A stretch of 64,000 nt of DNA from a virus, in the IMG/VR virus record IMGVR_UViG_3300027974_000020, positions 105,198 through 169,197 of that record. One strand, written 5' to 3'. Of this stretch, positions 36,581 through 46,625 are shown piece by piece. The stretch's first letter is position 1. Every line of letters begins with the position of its first letter. The notes under the pieces are model-generated. The model was not told the origin of the DNA, did no database searches, and saw only the letters and a list, made by a program, of their open reading frames with translations. The position numbers and the translations under genes are program-made.

Positions 36581-36862
36581 ATGAAGAAAAATCAAGTTGA
36601 TCAGTTATTTGAGGAAACTTATTCTTCTTATAGCAATAAAATAAACGATAAAGTTATTGAAATACAATCTATTATTATGGAGATAACAGATACTACTTCA
36701 AAGTATTCTTCATTAAAAGAAACTCTTACTTCTCTTTTTGTAAATGAAGATTTTGATGACAATGACACGTTACAAGTTTATGAACTTTTTTCTGCTATAA
36801 TAAGAGATATTAATAGATTGAATCAAGATCTATTTAACATCATGCAAAAAGAAATTAAATAA
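36581..36862 (+). CDS. hypothetical helical protein
   Basis: ATG just after the tRNA-like element. Confidence 0.6.
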   Translation: MKKNQVDQLFEETYSSYSNKINDKVIEIQSIIMEITDTTSKYSSLKETLTSLFVNEDFDDNDTLQVYELFSAIIRDINRLNQDLFNIMQKEIK

Positions 36863-36867
36863 TTTTA

Positions 36868-37182
36868 ATGTTAAATCAAAATCCTAATGAACAAGATTTT
36901 ACTTGGCACAATAAAGCTGCATGTAAAGACCTCCCTGCAGATGTATTTTTTCCACTTAACTATAATGCCTCTTCTTTAGAACAAGCAAAACAAATATGTT
37001 CTAGTTGTCCTGTCAAGGTTGAATGTTTTCAAGATGCAATTAGCAACAACGTTTACGGTATATGGGCCGGCACTACAGAATACCAAAGAAGAAATATTGT
37101 AAATAATTATTACAATGGTGAATATAAAGTAATTACTTTAAAAGAAGCTAAGTATATTTTAAATTCAATAATAAAATCTTAA
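36868..37182 (+). CDS. whiB: WhiB-family transcription factor
   Basis: WHNKAAC...FFP...AKQICSSCPVKVEC...GIWAG. Confidence 0.92.
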   Translation: MLNQNPNEQDFTWHNKAACKDLPADVFFPLNYNASSLEQAKQICSSCPVKVECFQDAISNNVYGIWAGTTEYQRRNIVNNYYNGEYKVITLKEAKYILNSIIKS

Positions 37183-37227
37183 ATCTAATTCAAAGTACTA
37201 GACCTACCTTAGTAAGGATGTACTCCC

Positions 37228-37980
37228 ATGAGCGAGAATTCATATTCTCAAAGCGATGATGATCTTTTCGATTACGATCCTTCTATCGAAAAACCAAAAG
37301 AACAATTATATAATCCGGTTTCAGATATTAAATCAGATAACACACTTCTTAGTGATTTATCCCGGAATATAAAAAATAATGATGACCAAACTTTTGATGG
37401 TCACACGGAAATACGTGTAAAATTAGCTGAAGCAATTCTTGGTTCTTACGACAAATGGATTAATAACGCTAGTTCTGTAGCCTATTTTAGCACCTTAAAC
37501 ACAATGCTTGACGAACTAACAAATGGTCGTTTTAGTGTTATGTATTTCTATAACACAATAGAACAAAAGATACTTCGTCGGATTAATATTAACACTTTAA
37601 TAGGTGAATCTTTTATTGTTAAAAATGACAACACTAAAGATAGTTTAAAAGATTTCTTAGGCAGAATAGGCATCTCTTATGATGGCCCTTATCTTTCAAC
37701 CTATGTAGGAACATTGGTTAGAATATCTAATCACATTCTTATACGGGAAAGAGCAATGTATCTTTCTTTGTCTGAAAGACTTCAGCTTCCTTGTAATCCT
37801 TTAATTTCTCAAGATAGTCCAAACTTTGAAGAAGTTATTGCACTAAGCCAATTTACTGTTACTGATCAACAAGAGAAAATTATTCAAAATCAATTTATCC
37901 ATAATTCTGACGAATACTTTTTAGAAAAACTTAACAATATTAATTTATCTAATATTAACTTTAAAATTAGATCTATATGA
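37228..37980 (+). CDS. hypothetical protein
   Basis: AAGGA SD; 250 aa. Confidence 0.7.
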   Translation: MSENSYSQSDDDLFDYDPSIEKPKEQLYNPVSDIKSDNTLLSDLSRNIKNNDDQTFDGHTEIRVKLAEAILGSYDKWINNASSVAYFSTLNTMLDELTNGRFSVMYFYNTIEQKILRRININTLIGESFIVKNDNTKDSLKDFLGRIGISYDGPYLSTYVGTLVRISNHILIRERAMYLSLSERLQLPCNPLISQDSPNFEEVIALSQFTVTDQQEKIIQNQFIHNSDEYFLEKLNNINLSNINFKIRSI

Positions 37981-38426
37981 ATTCAAAATTTAAGTCTATT
38001 TTTATGTTAATAATTACAGCTTCAGCCCTTGCTGCGATAAATTATACTATTGTTCATTCACCAACAGTATTTATTATCACTGCTGTACTTATTGCTCATG
38101 AATTGGGACATTATTTTGCTGCTATTTCTAATGGCGCAAAAGCAGACATCCCATATATTATACCTTTTCCATTTTTTGGAATAGGAATAACAAGAATTAA
38201 AAACTTTAAAAAATTAGATCCACAGGTTAGAAAGTCCATACTTCTGTTTGGACCTACTGCTGGTGTATTTACTGCTATTATAATTTTATTATTGTCTTTT
38301 ATAACTTCTCTTATAACTCCAATTTCAATTTTAATTATAGCATTGTTTGAAATCTTGTTTAATTACTTTGGTTCTGACGGAAAAAAGTACCGTCAAGCTG
38401 AAAAAGATATAGTGTTTGCTGCTTGA
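37977..38426 (+). CDS. minimal site-2 (M50) intramembrane metalloprotease
   Basis: AHELGH within a TM segment; LFGP; N....DG. Confidence 0.78.
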   Translation: MNSKFKSIFMLIITASALAAINYTIVHSPTVFIITAVLIAHELGHYFAAISNGAKADIPYIIPFPFFGIGITRIKNFKKLDPQVRKSILLFGPTAGVFTAIIILLLSFITSLITPISILIIALFEILFNYFGSDGKKYRQAEKDIVFAA

Positions 38427-38691
38427 TATATTATCATATCCCACACTTATCTCACAGAAAGATCTAACAATGAAAAATGAACAGGAACTTCGCAATACAA
38501 TATCTGAATACCTTGATGATTGTTGTTTTGATATTCACGGAATATCCTCTTCATCTTCTCTATCTTCTGCTTCCGAAGTTCAGCTTGCTAGAATTCTAAC
38601 AAAAATAGCCATAGGAACTGCTTCCATATGGTGGTCTGTAATTGAGTTTAGAGATTTTATATCTAACAGAAAAATATCGAAAGGGTTGTAA
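38416..38691 (+). CDS. hypothetical protein
   Basis: Coupled ORF in an operon; start uncertain. Confidence 0.5.
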   Translation: MLLDILSYPTLISQKDLTMKNEQELRNTISEYLDDCCFDIHGISSSSSLSSASEVQLARILTKIAIGTASIWWSVIEFRDFISNRKISKGL

Positions 38692-39050
38692 TGACTAATA
38701 TTGATAGATTTCATTTTTCATTTGAAATGGCTTCTAAAGTAAAAAAACAATTGGAAGATGAAGCTTTTATTTTAAAGCAAAGAATTGATAAAATTGTTGA
38801 TCATTTTACAATAAGCGACACACCCATATTGAGGTTTATTCTTAATATGGAACCTAATAGAGATGACTTAAAAAAATTATCTAAAGCCTTAGATCGCTTG
38901 GCTGATATAGTCCAAGTTTATGAAGGCATTATGACAAAGCTTTCTGTTGTTAAAGCAGCGGAATCAGATCCAAATTGGTTTGCTTTGGCATTTGGTGATT
39001 TTGAAAAAGAGATTGATCAAGATATAGAAACGTTCTTTAACGCAAATTAA
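38691..39050 (+). CDS. hypothetical helical protein
   Basis: TAATG coupling with the upstream gene. Confidence 0.65.
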   Translation: MTNIDRFHFSFEMASKVKKQLEDEAFILKQRIDKIVDHFTISDTPILRFILNMEPNRDDLKKLSKALDRLADIVQVYEGIMTKLSVVKAAESDPNWFALAFGDFEKEIDQDIETFFNAN

Positions 39051-39054
39051 TATA

Positions 39055-40137
39055 TTGAAAGGTTGCAGCATAGTGAATTCTAAAGCTGATTATACATTCG
39101 TCCAGGAAAATGATTCTATTGTTTTTCGTTCTAAAGTAAAGTCGTTTGATCTTGATCATGTTACCGATAAAGATTTAGCGTCTTTTTATTTTAGCTTCTC
39201 TAAATATGCCACTATGGATACAGGTTTACTTCCCCTTGATGGAACAGGTCTTCTTGGTATACGTAAAGCCGGCGATCATACTCAGGTGATATACCAGCAT
39301 AAGCCTGGTACATATTACGTTAATTGGGGCCAGTACGAAAGAGATGTTAATGCTAAAAAATATTATCTTGCTCAACCTTATAGAATTATAATTGTAGATT
39401 TTATCAATGACAATTTACTAGGTGCAAGAACTTTTTATTCCCCAATCCCAGCTACACATCCGGATATCCCTTTGTACCATGTTAATCTTCCTAACATAAA
39501 TTGCAGAGGATATCGAGGCAATGCTGTTGGTTGGATTTGCTTGTATCACAATGAAGATTGGTCTAATCTTCCATTTAACGAAAGACTTGTAAAAGCTATT
39601 GATCGCTGTTCTGGCACAGAAGCTTACAATGATGGAAACATGAGTGAGACTGATGGTCCAGGTTTTTATCGTGATCACCATAGAGATAATTCTGATTACC
39701 AGTATTTGTGGAATCCACAAGAATGGGAGAGAAAAACTTCTCAAGAAGGTTTTCTTTGGACCTTAGATGAAGATGCTTGGATTCCAGTTCATGTTGATTC
39801 AATTGATTCACAATCTCAACACAATCCAAAAGGAGAAGTTCTTACTCTTAAGATGGCTATTTTTGGAAATTATAAAGCCTATTATGACGATCAATATATT
39901 CCCAAACCAATTAATGCAATTCAACGTAATGAATTTAACAATGGAATTAAATTAATAACCAGTTGGTTTACACGAGCTTTTGTTACTGCAAAAACTAAGT
40001 ATAGTGGTTTAGATTTATTTTCTGAAAGTTCTAAAGTTAGACAAGAAAATATTAAAAATGTTTATGATCTTCAAACTGAACACGAAGAAGATGAACCAGA
40101 TGAAGATCACAACGAAGATGACGAAGGACCATTTTAG
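39055..40137 (+). CDS. prokaryotic E2 (ubiquitin-conjugating-like) protein
   Basis: P..LYHVNLPNI...GWICL UBC-fold catalytic-Cys pattern; directly upstream of JAB-E1-Ubl. The start may be GTG 39073. Confidence 0.72.
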   Translation: MKGCSIVNSKADYTFVQENDSIVFRSKVKSFDLDHVTDKDLASFYFSFSKYATMDTGLLPLDGTGLLGIRKAGDHTQVIYQHKPGTYYVNWGQYERDVNAKKYYLAQPYRIIIVDFINDNLLGARTFYSPIPATHPDIPLYHVNLPNINCRGYRGNAVGWICLYHNEDWSNLPFNERLVKAIDRCSGTEAYNDGNMSETDGPGFYRDHHRDNSDYQYLWNPQEWERKTSQEGFLWTLDEDAWIPVHVDSIDSQSQHNPKGEVLTLKMAIFGNYKAYYDDQYIPKPINAIQRNEFNNGIKLITSWFTRAFVTAKTKYSGLDLFSESSKVRQENIKNVYDLQTEHEEDEPDEDHNEDDEGPF

Positions 40138-40201
40138 TTCTTTAAAATCTAAATATAGAATTTCTTAATAATTTATTTAATTTTAATATGAAAGGAATGT
40201 T

Positions 40202-41956
40202 ATGTCTCAAGTAACTATGGACCAATTAAAACATTTTTGGATGCCCTCAGGGGTCCCATGTTTTATCGCAGATCGTTCAGACATCTGCGACTTAGTAGAG
40301 GGTATGGGTTTCCAAATTTATTACCTTTTGGCTAATGATATTAAAGAAACTAAAGTAACACCTAATACTGCTCACCAAGGAAAATCTTATGGATATGGTG
40401 CAACTACATATACTTATAATTCTCCAGCCGCTCCTCCACCTCCAATCATTACAAAAAATACAAAATTATTTAAAGTAGTTAATAATTTTGTTGGAAGATC
40501 AATAGCTATTTCCGCCGACCCTATGCCAGATGAGTTTTTGTCAATTAACGAATCTTGCGAATACTGCATGCCCCCAATTCCTAATGTAATCATTGATAAA
40601 CTTGATCAATTCTTTAGACTTGTTCATAGTCAACATGGTACAGAATCAATTGTTATTCTTACTTACAATATGAATGCAACTGGCTCAGAAGGTTGGGGCG
40701 TTCTTGTTCCAGATCAAACAAACACTCCAGCACATTGCAAATACGATGCTGACAGCATTGCTGAATTAAAACCTGAAGATGTTATGATTGTCGGATCTGT
40801 TCATAGCCATCCAGAAATGAGTGCTTATGCTTCTGGCACAGATCATGCAGACCAAGCAGATTTTGATGGTTTACATATTACTTATGGTTGGCAGAAGTCT
40901 CAAAACAATGGTGCAACTCAGTACCATCTTGAACTTCAAATGTCTGGTCAAAATTATATTCTTAAACCAGAAGATGTTTTTGAAGATATTTCACTTTTAA
41001 AAGATCCTGATCCAGACGTTGTAGAATGGTCCAATAAAGTAAAAAAAGTTCACCCCCCGTATTCAGCGGGGGTCCCGTCACAAATAACTCAGCAACAATT
41101 TCAGGCTACCCCTCAACGAGCTATACAACAAACGGCTGGGGACTTTAAATCTTTTCACAGTAGTACCCCTCAAATGCAAGAGGCACTATTGAATTTAAAG
41201 CTTCCCTCAGATGCTATTGTTGCTATTGAAATTCAACTTGAATCAGACAATAAAAGCTCTTGCCCATGTTGTGAATATGAAATTGATATTCATGATGTAA
41301 ACAGTGGAGCTTGTACTGTTTGTGATATTCCTTTAGTTTCTACTACTGATTCTATAAATCAAATGTGTTTAAAAATTCATGATTATATTTCCAAAAGAAA
41401 GATTAGTCATACTTCAGCAGTATATCTTTGGGGTTACGATGATAAAGACACCAGAGATTTTATTATAAACATTACTGAAGAATATGAATTTCATGCTTCT
41501 AAATATTCTACTAGTTATTTAGATTTAGGTAATTCCGTTGTACCGGTTACTTCTTCTCACTGGGATTATTGGAGAGATGACGTTGATGATGATGACTTTT
41601 TATTCAACAGTCTTCAGCATGCAACTGCCTGTTGCAACACTCCGATGACTAATGCTCACAGCCAATGCGAATGTCCTGTTATGCTGTTTAAAGAAGATTT
41701 AGTTGATTTTGATATTTATGTAAATAAAATAGAATCTGACATATATAGTTATGACGGAAATTGTTTTAATTGTTCATATTATCACACTACTGAATGCCCT
41801 GCTTTCTACAGTTTAGTTTCTGCATTTGTAACTGATAAAAGTAAATTTCTTTTAGATGAAAACACTCCTAAGATAACTGATTGTTCAAAATTTAAATTTT
41901 TTACTTACGAAGATGAAAGTTTACAAAATCAAACTATTGATATAACAAAAGAATAG
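40202..41956 (+). CDS. JAB/MPN+ isopeptidase with Cys-rich C-terminal region
   Basis: E...VPDQ...GSVHSHPEMSAYASGTD..D (HxH-x7-S-x2-D); several CxxC motifs. Confidence 0.85.
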   Translation: MSQVTMDQLKHFWMPSGVPCFIADRSDICDLVEGMGFQIYYLLANDIKETKVTPNTAHQGKSYGYGATTYTYNSPAAPPPPIITKNTKLFKVVNNFVGRSIAISADPMPDEFLSINESCEYCMPPIPNVIIDKLDQFFRLVHSQHGTESIVILTYNMNATGSEGWGVLVPDQTNTPAHCKYDADSIAELKPEDVMIVGSVHSHPEMSAYASGTDHADQADFDGLHITYGWQKSQNNGATQYHLELQMSGQNYILKPEDVFEDISLLKDPDPDVVEWSNKVKKVHPPYSAGVPSQITQQQFQATPQRAIQQTAGDFKSFHSSTPQMQEALLNLKLPSDAIVAIEIQLESDNKSSCPCCEYEIDIHDVNSGACTVCDIPLVSTTDSINQMCLKIHDYISKRKISHTSAVYLWGYDDKDTRDFIINITEEYEFHASKYSTSYLDLGNSVVPVTSSHWDYWRDDVDDDDFLFNSLQHATACCNTPMTNAHSQCECPVMLFKEDLVDFDIYVNKIESDIYSYDGNCFNCSYYHTTECPAFYSLVSAFVTDKSKFLLDENTPKITDCSKFKFFTYEDESLQNQTIDITKE

Positions 41957-41967
41957 GAGTAAATTAC

Positions 41968-42729
41968 ATGACTGATAATAAACGTTTTGTTGTCATTGGT
42001 GCTGGCGGAATAGGCACTTGGCTTATCGCTGGTCTTGTTAGGCTCTTGGAATGGAAACTTCCTGGTTCAGGTTTAATTATAGTTGATGGTGATAACTATG
42101 AAGAGAAAAATAAAGAGCGTCAAGATTTTGGAAAATTAGGTAATAAAGCAGTTGTTAAAGCAGCTGAACTTACTTCTCAATTTCCTTCTACCACTATTAT
42201 TCCAGTTCCTAAATGGGTTGTTTCTGACGAAGATACGGGTGTATCTGCAGATGACGATGCACCAAGGATTAAAGCATCTCAGCTTATCCGCGAAGACGAT
42301 GTAGTGTTTGCGGTAGTAGACAATTTTGCAGCACGGAAGATTCTATTTGATGCAGCCGCTAAATTAGACAATATTGATGTTTTTACTGGCGGCAATGATG
42401 ATTTATTGTTTGGTTCTGTTTATCATTATCAAAAAAGAAACGGTATACAAGTAACAGAACATCCCGTTACGTTTCACCCTGAATACGAGAATCCACCAGA
42501 TAAAAATCCTGGTGAACTTTCTTGTCAAGAAAGATCTAAACTTGAAGGTGGCACTCAGCTATTGGCTACAAACATGGCTGTTGCGTCCTTTATTTTAGGA
42601 AGAGTCCATAAGACAATAGTGCTAGATCAAAGTCCTGACGAGACCGAAATCTATTTTGACTTAGGACTTGGTAAAGCTGAACCATACAACAGAACAGTTT
42701 CTCAGGTTACACAACCTGTGATGATATAA
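41968..42729 (+). CDS. E1-like ThiF-family Ubl-activating enzyme
   Basis: VIGAGGIG, DGD..E.KN..RQ, NKA, VDN..AR and SCQE (candidate catalytic Cys). Confidence 0.88.
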   Translation: MTDNKRFVVIGAGGIGTWLIAGLVRLLEWKLPGSGLIIVDGDNYEEKNKERQDFGKLGNKAVVKAAELTSQFPSTTIIPVPKWVVSDEDTGVSADDDAPRIKASQLIREDDVVFAVVDNFAARKILFDAAAKLDNIDVFTGGNDDLLFGSVYHYQKRNGIQVTEHPVTFHPEYENPPDKNPGELSCQERSKLEGGTQLLATNMAVASFILGRVHKTIVLDQSPDETEIYFDLGLGKAEPYNRTVSQVTQPVMI

Positions 42730-42745
42730 AAAAAGGAGATATAAC

Positions 42746-42997
42746 ATGGATCAATCATCCAATCAACAGCAGCCATCTGCTGGAAATGGAATGGCAAACG
42801 TTAGATTTGGCGTTTACAATCAACCAGGCAATATCGCTGGTAAGTCTGTAAAAGACGCTAGAGACCAGTTTTCACGCCTTTGGGGAATTCCTCAAGATGC
42901 AGTTGCCTACAAAGGCAAAGATAAACTCGACGAAAACTATGTCATTCAAGCAGGCGACAACGTGGAATTCCACCGTCGTGCCGGCGAGAAGGGTTAA
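42746..42997 (+). CDS. ubiquitin-like (beta-grasp) protein
   Basis: 83 aa; GKSV...YVIQAGDNVEF.R.AGEKG with a C-terminal Gly; follows E1. Confidence 0.85.
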   Translation: MDQSSNQQQPSAGNGMANVRFGVYNQPGNIAGKSVKDARDQFSRLWGIPQDAVAYKGKDKLDENYVIQAGDNVEFHRRAGEKG

Positions 42998-43014
42998 TTA
43001 GTTTTTAAGATCGT

Positions 43015-43061
43015 GGGGGAATCCGTGCGCCTTTCTCATGGGTTCCCCCACACATTTTTTT
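43015..43061 (+). terminator. intrinsic terminator after Ubl
   Basis: GTGGGGGAATCC/GGTTCCCCCAC hairpin followed by a T-run. Confidence 0.65.
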
Positions 43062-43094
43062 ACAAGGCACTGATCTATTCATAGAAAGAATATT

Positions 43095-44696
43095 ATGCTC
43101 TTTAATCAAATAAAATTAGGCTATCCATCTTTATGGATTAAATCAACAGAGTTTGATAGATTAATTAATTCAATTGTTCAATATAATTTTAGAGAGTATT
43201 TTACAATTGATACTGAAAAAGGATTTTCTCAGTACATTGATGGATCTTGGAAACCAGTTCTTGTAGACATTCCAGATCCAGAACAGGGTGGGACTATATT
43301 AACTACCCCATTTGATTTGTCTTTGTGTTACGAATATATTAATAAATATATTGAATCTTCTAATAAACAAGTTAGTCTTATTATTAAAGTTTTTGGCAAG
43401 CCTGAATCAATAATGAATTATGTTCCTTTAATATCATCTCTCCAATCCAAGCACCGTAATATGTTTTGGAGTGATGAAATTGCAAGCTATCCTCAAATTA
43501 TATTTTTATCTTCTTTTGATGTTCCAGAAGATTATTCTTATTTATTTAAATCTTCTAATTTTGCATTTCCAAACGCGCAAGAATTATACCAAATCATTGA
43601 TCATATTAATGTTTCTTCTGAAGGCAAGTTTGTTGCTCAAGATTCTATTAAAGAAGTAGTTAGATCTGGTTTAGGTCTTAATGAATCTGAATTTATAGAT
43701 TATTGCTTACAGTCTGTAGTCGAAAATGGAACTGTTGATCCTAAATATATTTATGATAATAAAATGCGTTCCATTAAACAGCATGGAATTCTTGAAATTA
43801 TTAAGCCAACAATGTCTTTTGATAACATTGGTGGTTTAGATAATATTAAAGACATAATCAGAAGAACTGCTTTTCTACGCGCAAATAAAGATCAAGCTGA
43901 TAAGTTCGGGGTAGTTCCAATCCGCAGAGTATTGATGGTGGGTATACCTGGTACTGGTAAATCTGCTATTTGTCAAGCTACTGCTAACGAGCTTCAACTT
44001 GACCTTGCTAGAACTGGTATAAGCCAAGTAATGAATTCTTTTGTTGGTCAATCAGAAGCTAATATGCGTGCAGTATTTAATCAGATTAAAGCAATGAATC
44101 CTCTTTGTGTTTGGATTGACGAGTTTGGTCGCGACCTTTCTGGTGGTGCTTCTTCTGCTTCTGTTGACGCTGGCACTACAGACAGAGTTCATGGTGAGTT
44201 TTTGACTGGTCTTCAAGAGTTGCCAGAAGAAACATTTTTGATGTGTGCTGCCAATCAATTGGATAATCTTCGTCCAGAAATGTTACGCGCAGATAGATTT
44301 GATAAGATTATATTTGTTGGTATGCCTTCGCTTAATGAGAGATTAGATATTCTCAAAATTTATCTTAAAGAGATCAACACTGATCACCAATTTGATTATT
44401 ATGCTCTTGCAGAATCAACTGAATATTTTACCGGTGCAGAAATTTCTTCTTTAATTCGAGAAGTAAAATTCTTTGTTGTTTCTCAAGATTTTAGACCTAT
44501 TAATACTCAAGATATTATATCTTATGTTCCAAAAATTAGAAATACAATTTGGAACAAACACAGAGACATGGTTCAGTCTATGTATCAGTTCGCTCTCGAA
44601 CAATGGGACTGGGCCTCGACAGAACAATATAATGATGCTAATATGATTATATCTGGCAGATCTTCGGTATCCCCTGAAGTATCTTGGAAAATATAG
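43095..44696 (+). CDS. AAA+ ATPase (Ycf46/CDC48-like)
   Basis: IGGLDNIK; Walker A GIPGTGKS; Walker B VWIDE; SRH AAN...PEMLRADRFD. Confidence 0.9.
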   Translation: MLFNQIKLGYPSLWIKSTEFDRLINSIVQYNFREYFTIDTEKGFSQYIDGSWKPVLVDIPDPEQGGTILTTPFDLSLCYEYINKYIESSNKQVSLIIKVFGKPESIMNYVPLISSLQSKHRNMFWSDEIASYPQIIFLSSFDVPEDYSYLFKSSNFAFPNAQELYQIIDHINVSSEGKFVAQDSIKEVVRSGLGLNESEFIDYCLQSVVENGTVDPKYIYDNKMRSIKQHGILEIIKPTMSFDNIGGLDNIKDIIRRTAFLRANKDQADKFGVVPIRRVLMVGIPGTGKSAICQATANELQLDLARTGISQVMNSFVGQSEANMRAVFNQIKAMNPLCVWIDEFGRDLSGGASSASVDAGTTDRVHGEFLTGLQELPEETFLMCAANQLDNLRPEMLRADRFDKIIFVGMPSLNERLDILKIYLKEINTDHQFDYYALAESTEYFTGAEISSLIREVKFFVVSQDFRPINTQDIISYVPKIRNTIWNKHRDMVQSMYQFALEQWDWASTEQYNDANMIISGRSSVSPEVSWKI

Positions 44697-44704
44697 GAGT
44701 TAAA

Positions 44705-45325
44705 ATGGATTTTGAAAACATCGATGAGTTTATAGAAACGGTTGAACAACCAACTGTAACAGATACTCTACAAAAAGAATACGATAAAGACCTTTATAAA
44801 AAATGGTTTCGTTCTAAAACTCAGAGTGGATTTTTGTCCATTAAGCCTTGGTATCAGGGTTTAAAATTTAAAGTTGATATTGGCAAAACTTCTATCGATG
44901 GCAAATTATTGTCTAGCACAATGGTTTATTTAGACGCTATAGATTTTTCTGCTTATCTTAATTCTGTTGCTAATGGCACTGGTAAATTAAATTATATTCA
45001 GAATGATAAAAGTGGTGTACCAACAACTGAAGGATTTGTATCTTACGGTGGCGGCATTATAGAATCAAAGCCTATATCAAGAATATTTAAATCTCATTAC
45101 TGGCAGAATTCAGACCAGTCTTATGATGATTCTGCTTTTGTATGGAAGTGCGGTCATTTTGCTGCTCGAAAAACTGAATCAGGAGCTTTTATACCAGACA
45201 TGAAAACATCTCTGTCTGTAGATAGTATCAAAGTTACAAGAGCTGAACTATGCAGCATTGCAAATATTATTAACCTATCTTTAATATCTCATGTTACCAA
45301 TAAGTCTGATTGGTACGCAGTATGA
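44705..45325 (+). CDS. hypothetical protein
   Basis: AGGAG SD before ATG 44705. Confidence 0.7.
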   Translation: MDFENIDEFIETVEQPTVTDTLQKEYDKDLYKKWFRSKTQSGFLSIKPWYQGLKFKVDIGKTSIDGKLLSSTMVYLDAIDFSAYLNSVANGTGKLNYIQNDKSGVPTTEGFVSYGGGIIESKPISRIFKSHYWQNSDQSYDDSAFVWKCGHFAARKTESGAFIPDMKTSLSVDSIKVTRAELCSIANIINLSLISHVTNKSDWYAV

Positions 45326-45690
45326 TTTACGATAACGATAATGATACTCTCCAGGCTACTTTAAACACTATGCTTGATACTTTAAATAAAACTGTTCAAA
45401 ATTCTTTTTCTGATTTAGACAATCGTATTGAATCTTTAGAAAAACAAATGGCTACTTTAGTATTGGCTTACGGCGAGCAAGCTGTTTTTATGGAAGCTTT
45501 AATTTCTCAAATTTCTTTTGCTTCTGAACAGGCTCAAAAGTCTTTTCATGAGACTCTTAAAGAAGCTAGAAAGTCTATGTTAGAGGTGATGAAAGATGGA
45601 GCAGAAAATCTTGTGGCCCCAAGCGATCCAGTCCTTGGACAAGCCATTGTCAATATGGCTTCTGAAAAGTTATCTGACATTAATAAATGA
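45322..45690 (+). CDS. coiled-coil protein
   Basis: ATGA coupling; heptad pattern. Confidence 0.65.
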   Translation: MIYDNDNDTLQATLNTMLDTLNKTVQNSFSDLDNRIESLEKQMATLVLAYGEQAVFMEALISQISFASEQAQKSFHETLKEARKSMLEVMKDGAENLVAPSDPVLGQAIVNMASEKLSDINK

Positions 45691-45879
45691 TAACGAATGT
45701 GCTCTGTTTGTTGACAAGCAAAATTACGAGTTACTGAATAGTTTCGAGTATTTATCTAAAATATATGGGTGTGCTAAACAAGTTTACCCTTCTTTTAAAT
45801 CAATGCATTTTATTAATTCAAACTTTTTAGAACATCTTAGATCAAATAAAATAGAACTATATTCAATAGAGGTCCTTTA

Positions 45880-46602
45880 ATGTCAATTATATCTTCTCCA
45901 ATATCTAAAGCTGATTTTAATGAATTGTACACTCAACGGATACAAAATTATAATCAGTTATTAAAGCTTAATCCTGTTACATATTTTGCTGCTTCTGTAG
46001 GGTCTCGTTCCTATCTTAGGATGCTTGTTTCTGGACAAGCACAGGATCATGTTCCGGAAACTCTTAGACAATCAGAAATTGAAGTTATTTTAAATCATAT
46101 AGATAAAGGTAGAACTGTTACTCCATTAGCTATTGAAAAGATTATAAATGAATATCCCCATGTACAGGTTGATCATTCTGGCCAATATGTATTTCCTGGA
46201 GATATAGAAGAATTTTCTTCGACATTTTTTCCCGGTATGCTTCCATCTATAAATAAAGTTATTATTGAACATTTGTTATTTAATAAAGTTATAAACGTTT
46301 TTGGTTCTTCAGCAAAACGATTTTTATTACTTAAAAATTACGATATTTCTGATATATCAATTACCGTAATTCAAAATAAAATAAATTCATGTTCTTATGA
46401 TAAACAAAGCTATGATAATTATTCTAATGTTTTAGAAAAGTATATCGCTACCATTGATGAATCATTAAAGAATTATCAGGTCGATCAACAGTATTTACTT
46501 GATATAGTTGATCGTTTATCTAAACGTGTTTTTGAACTGGAAACTGCTTTGGAAACTCAACAAAAAGAAGGTGTCAGTGGATATCTTCTCAGTTGGCATT
46601 AA
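45880..46602 (+). CDS. hypothetical protein
   Basis: GAGG SD; C-terminal coiled coil. Confidence 0.65.
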   Translation: MSIISSPISKADFNELYTQRIQNYNQLLKLNPVTYFAASVGSRSYLRMLVSGQAQDHVPETLRQSEIEVILNHIDKGRTVTPLAIEKIINEYPHVQVDHSGQYVFPGDIEEFSSTFFPGMLPSINKVIIEHLLFNKVINVFGSSAKRFLLLKNYDISDISITVIQNKINSCSYDKQSYDNYSNVLEKYIATIDESLKNYQVDQQYLLDIVDRLSKRVFELETALETQQKEGVSGYLLSWH

Positions 46603-46625
46603 ATTGAAAGGTATTTATAAAAACT

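Noticed and set aside
41968-42997. ThiF/ThiS or MoeB/MoaD sulfur-transfer pair
   Set aside because: E2-like and JAB neighbours, no cofactor-biosynthesis genes, and a Ubl ending KG rather than GG all favour protein conjugation.
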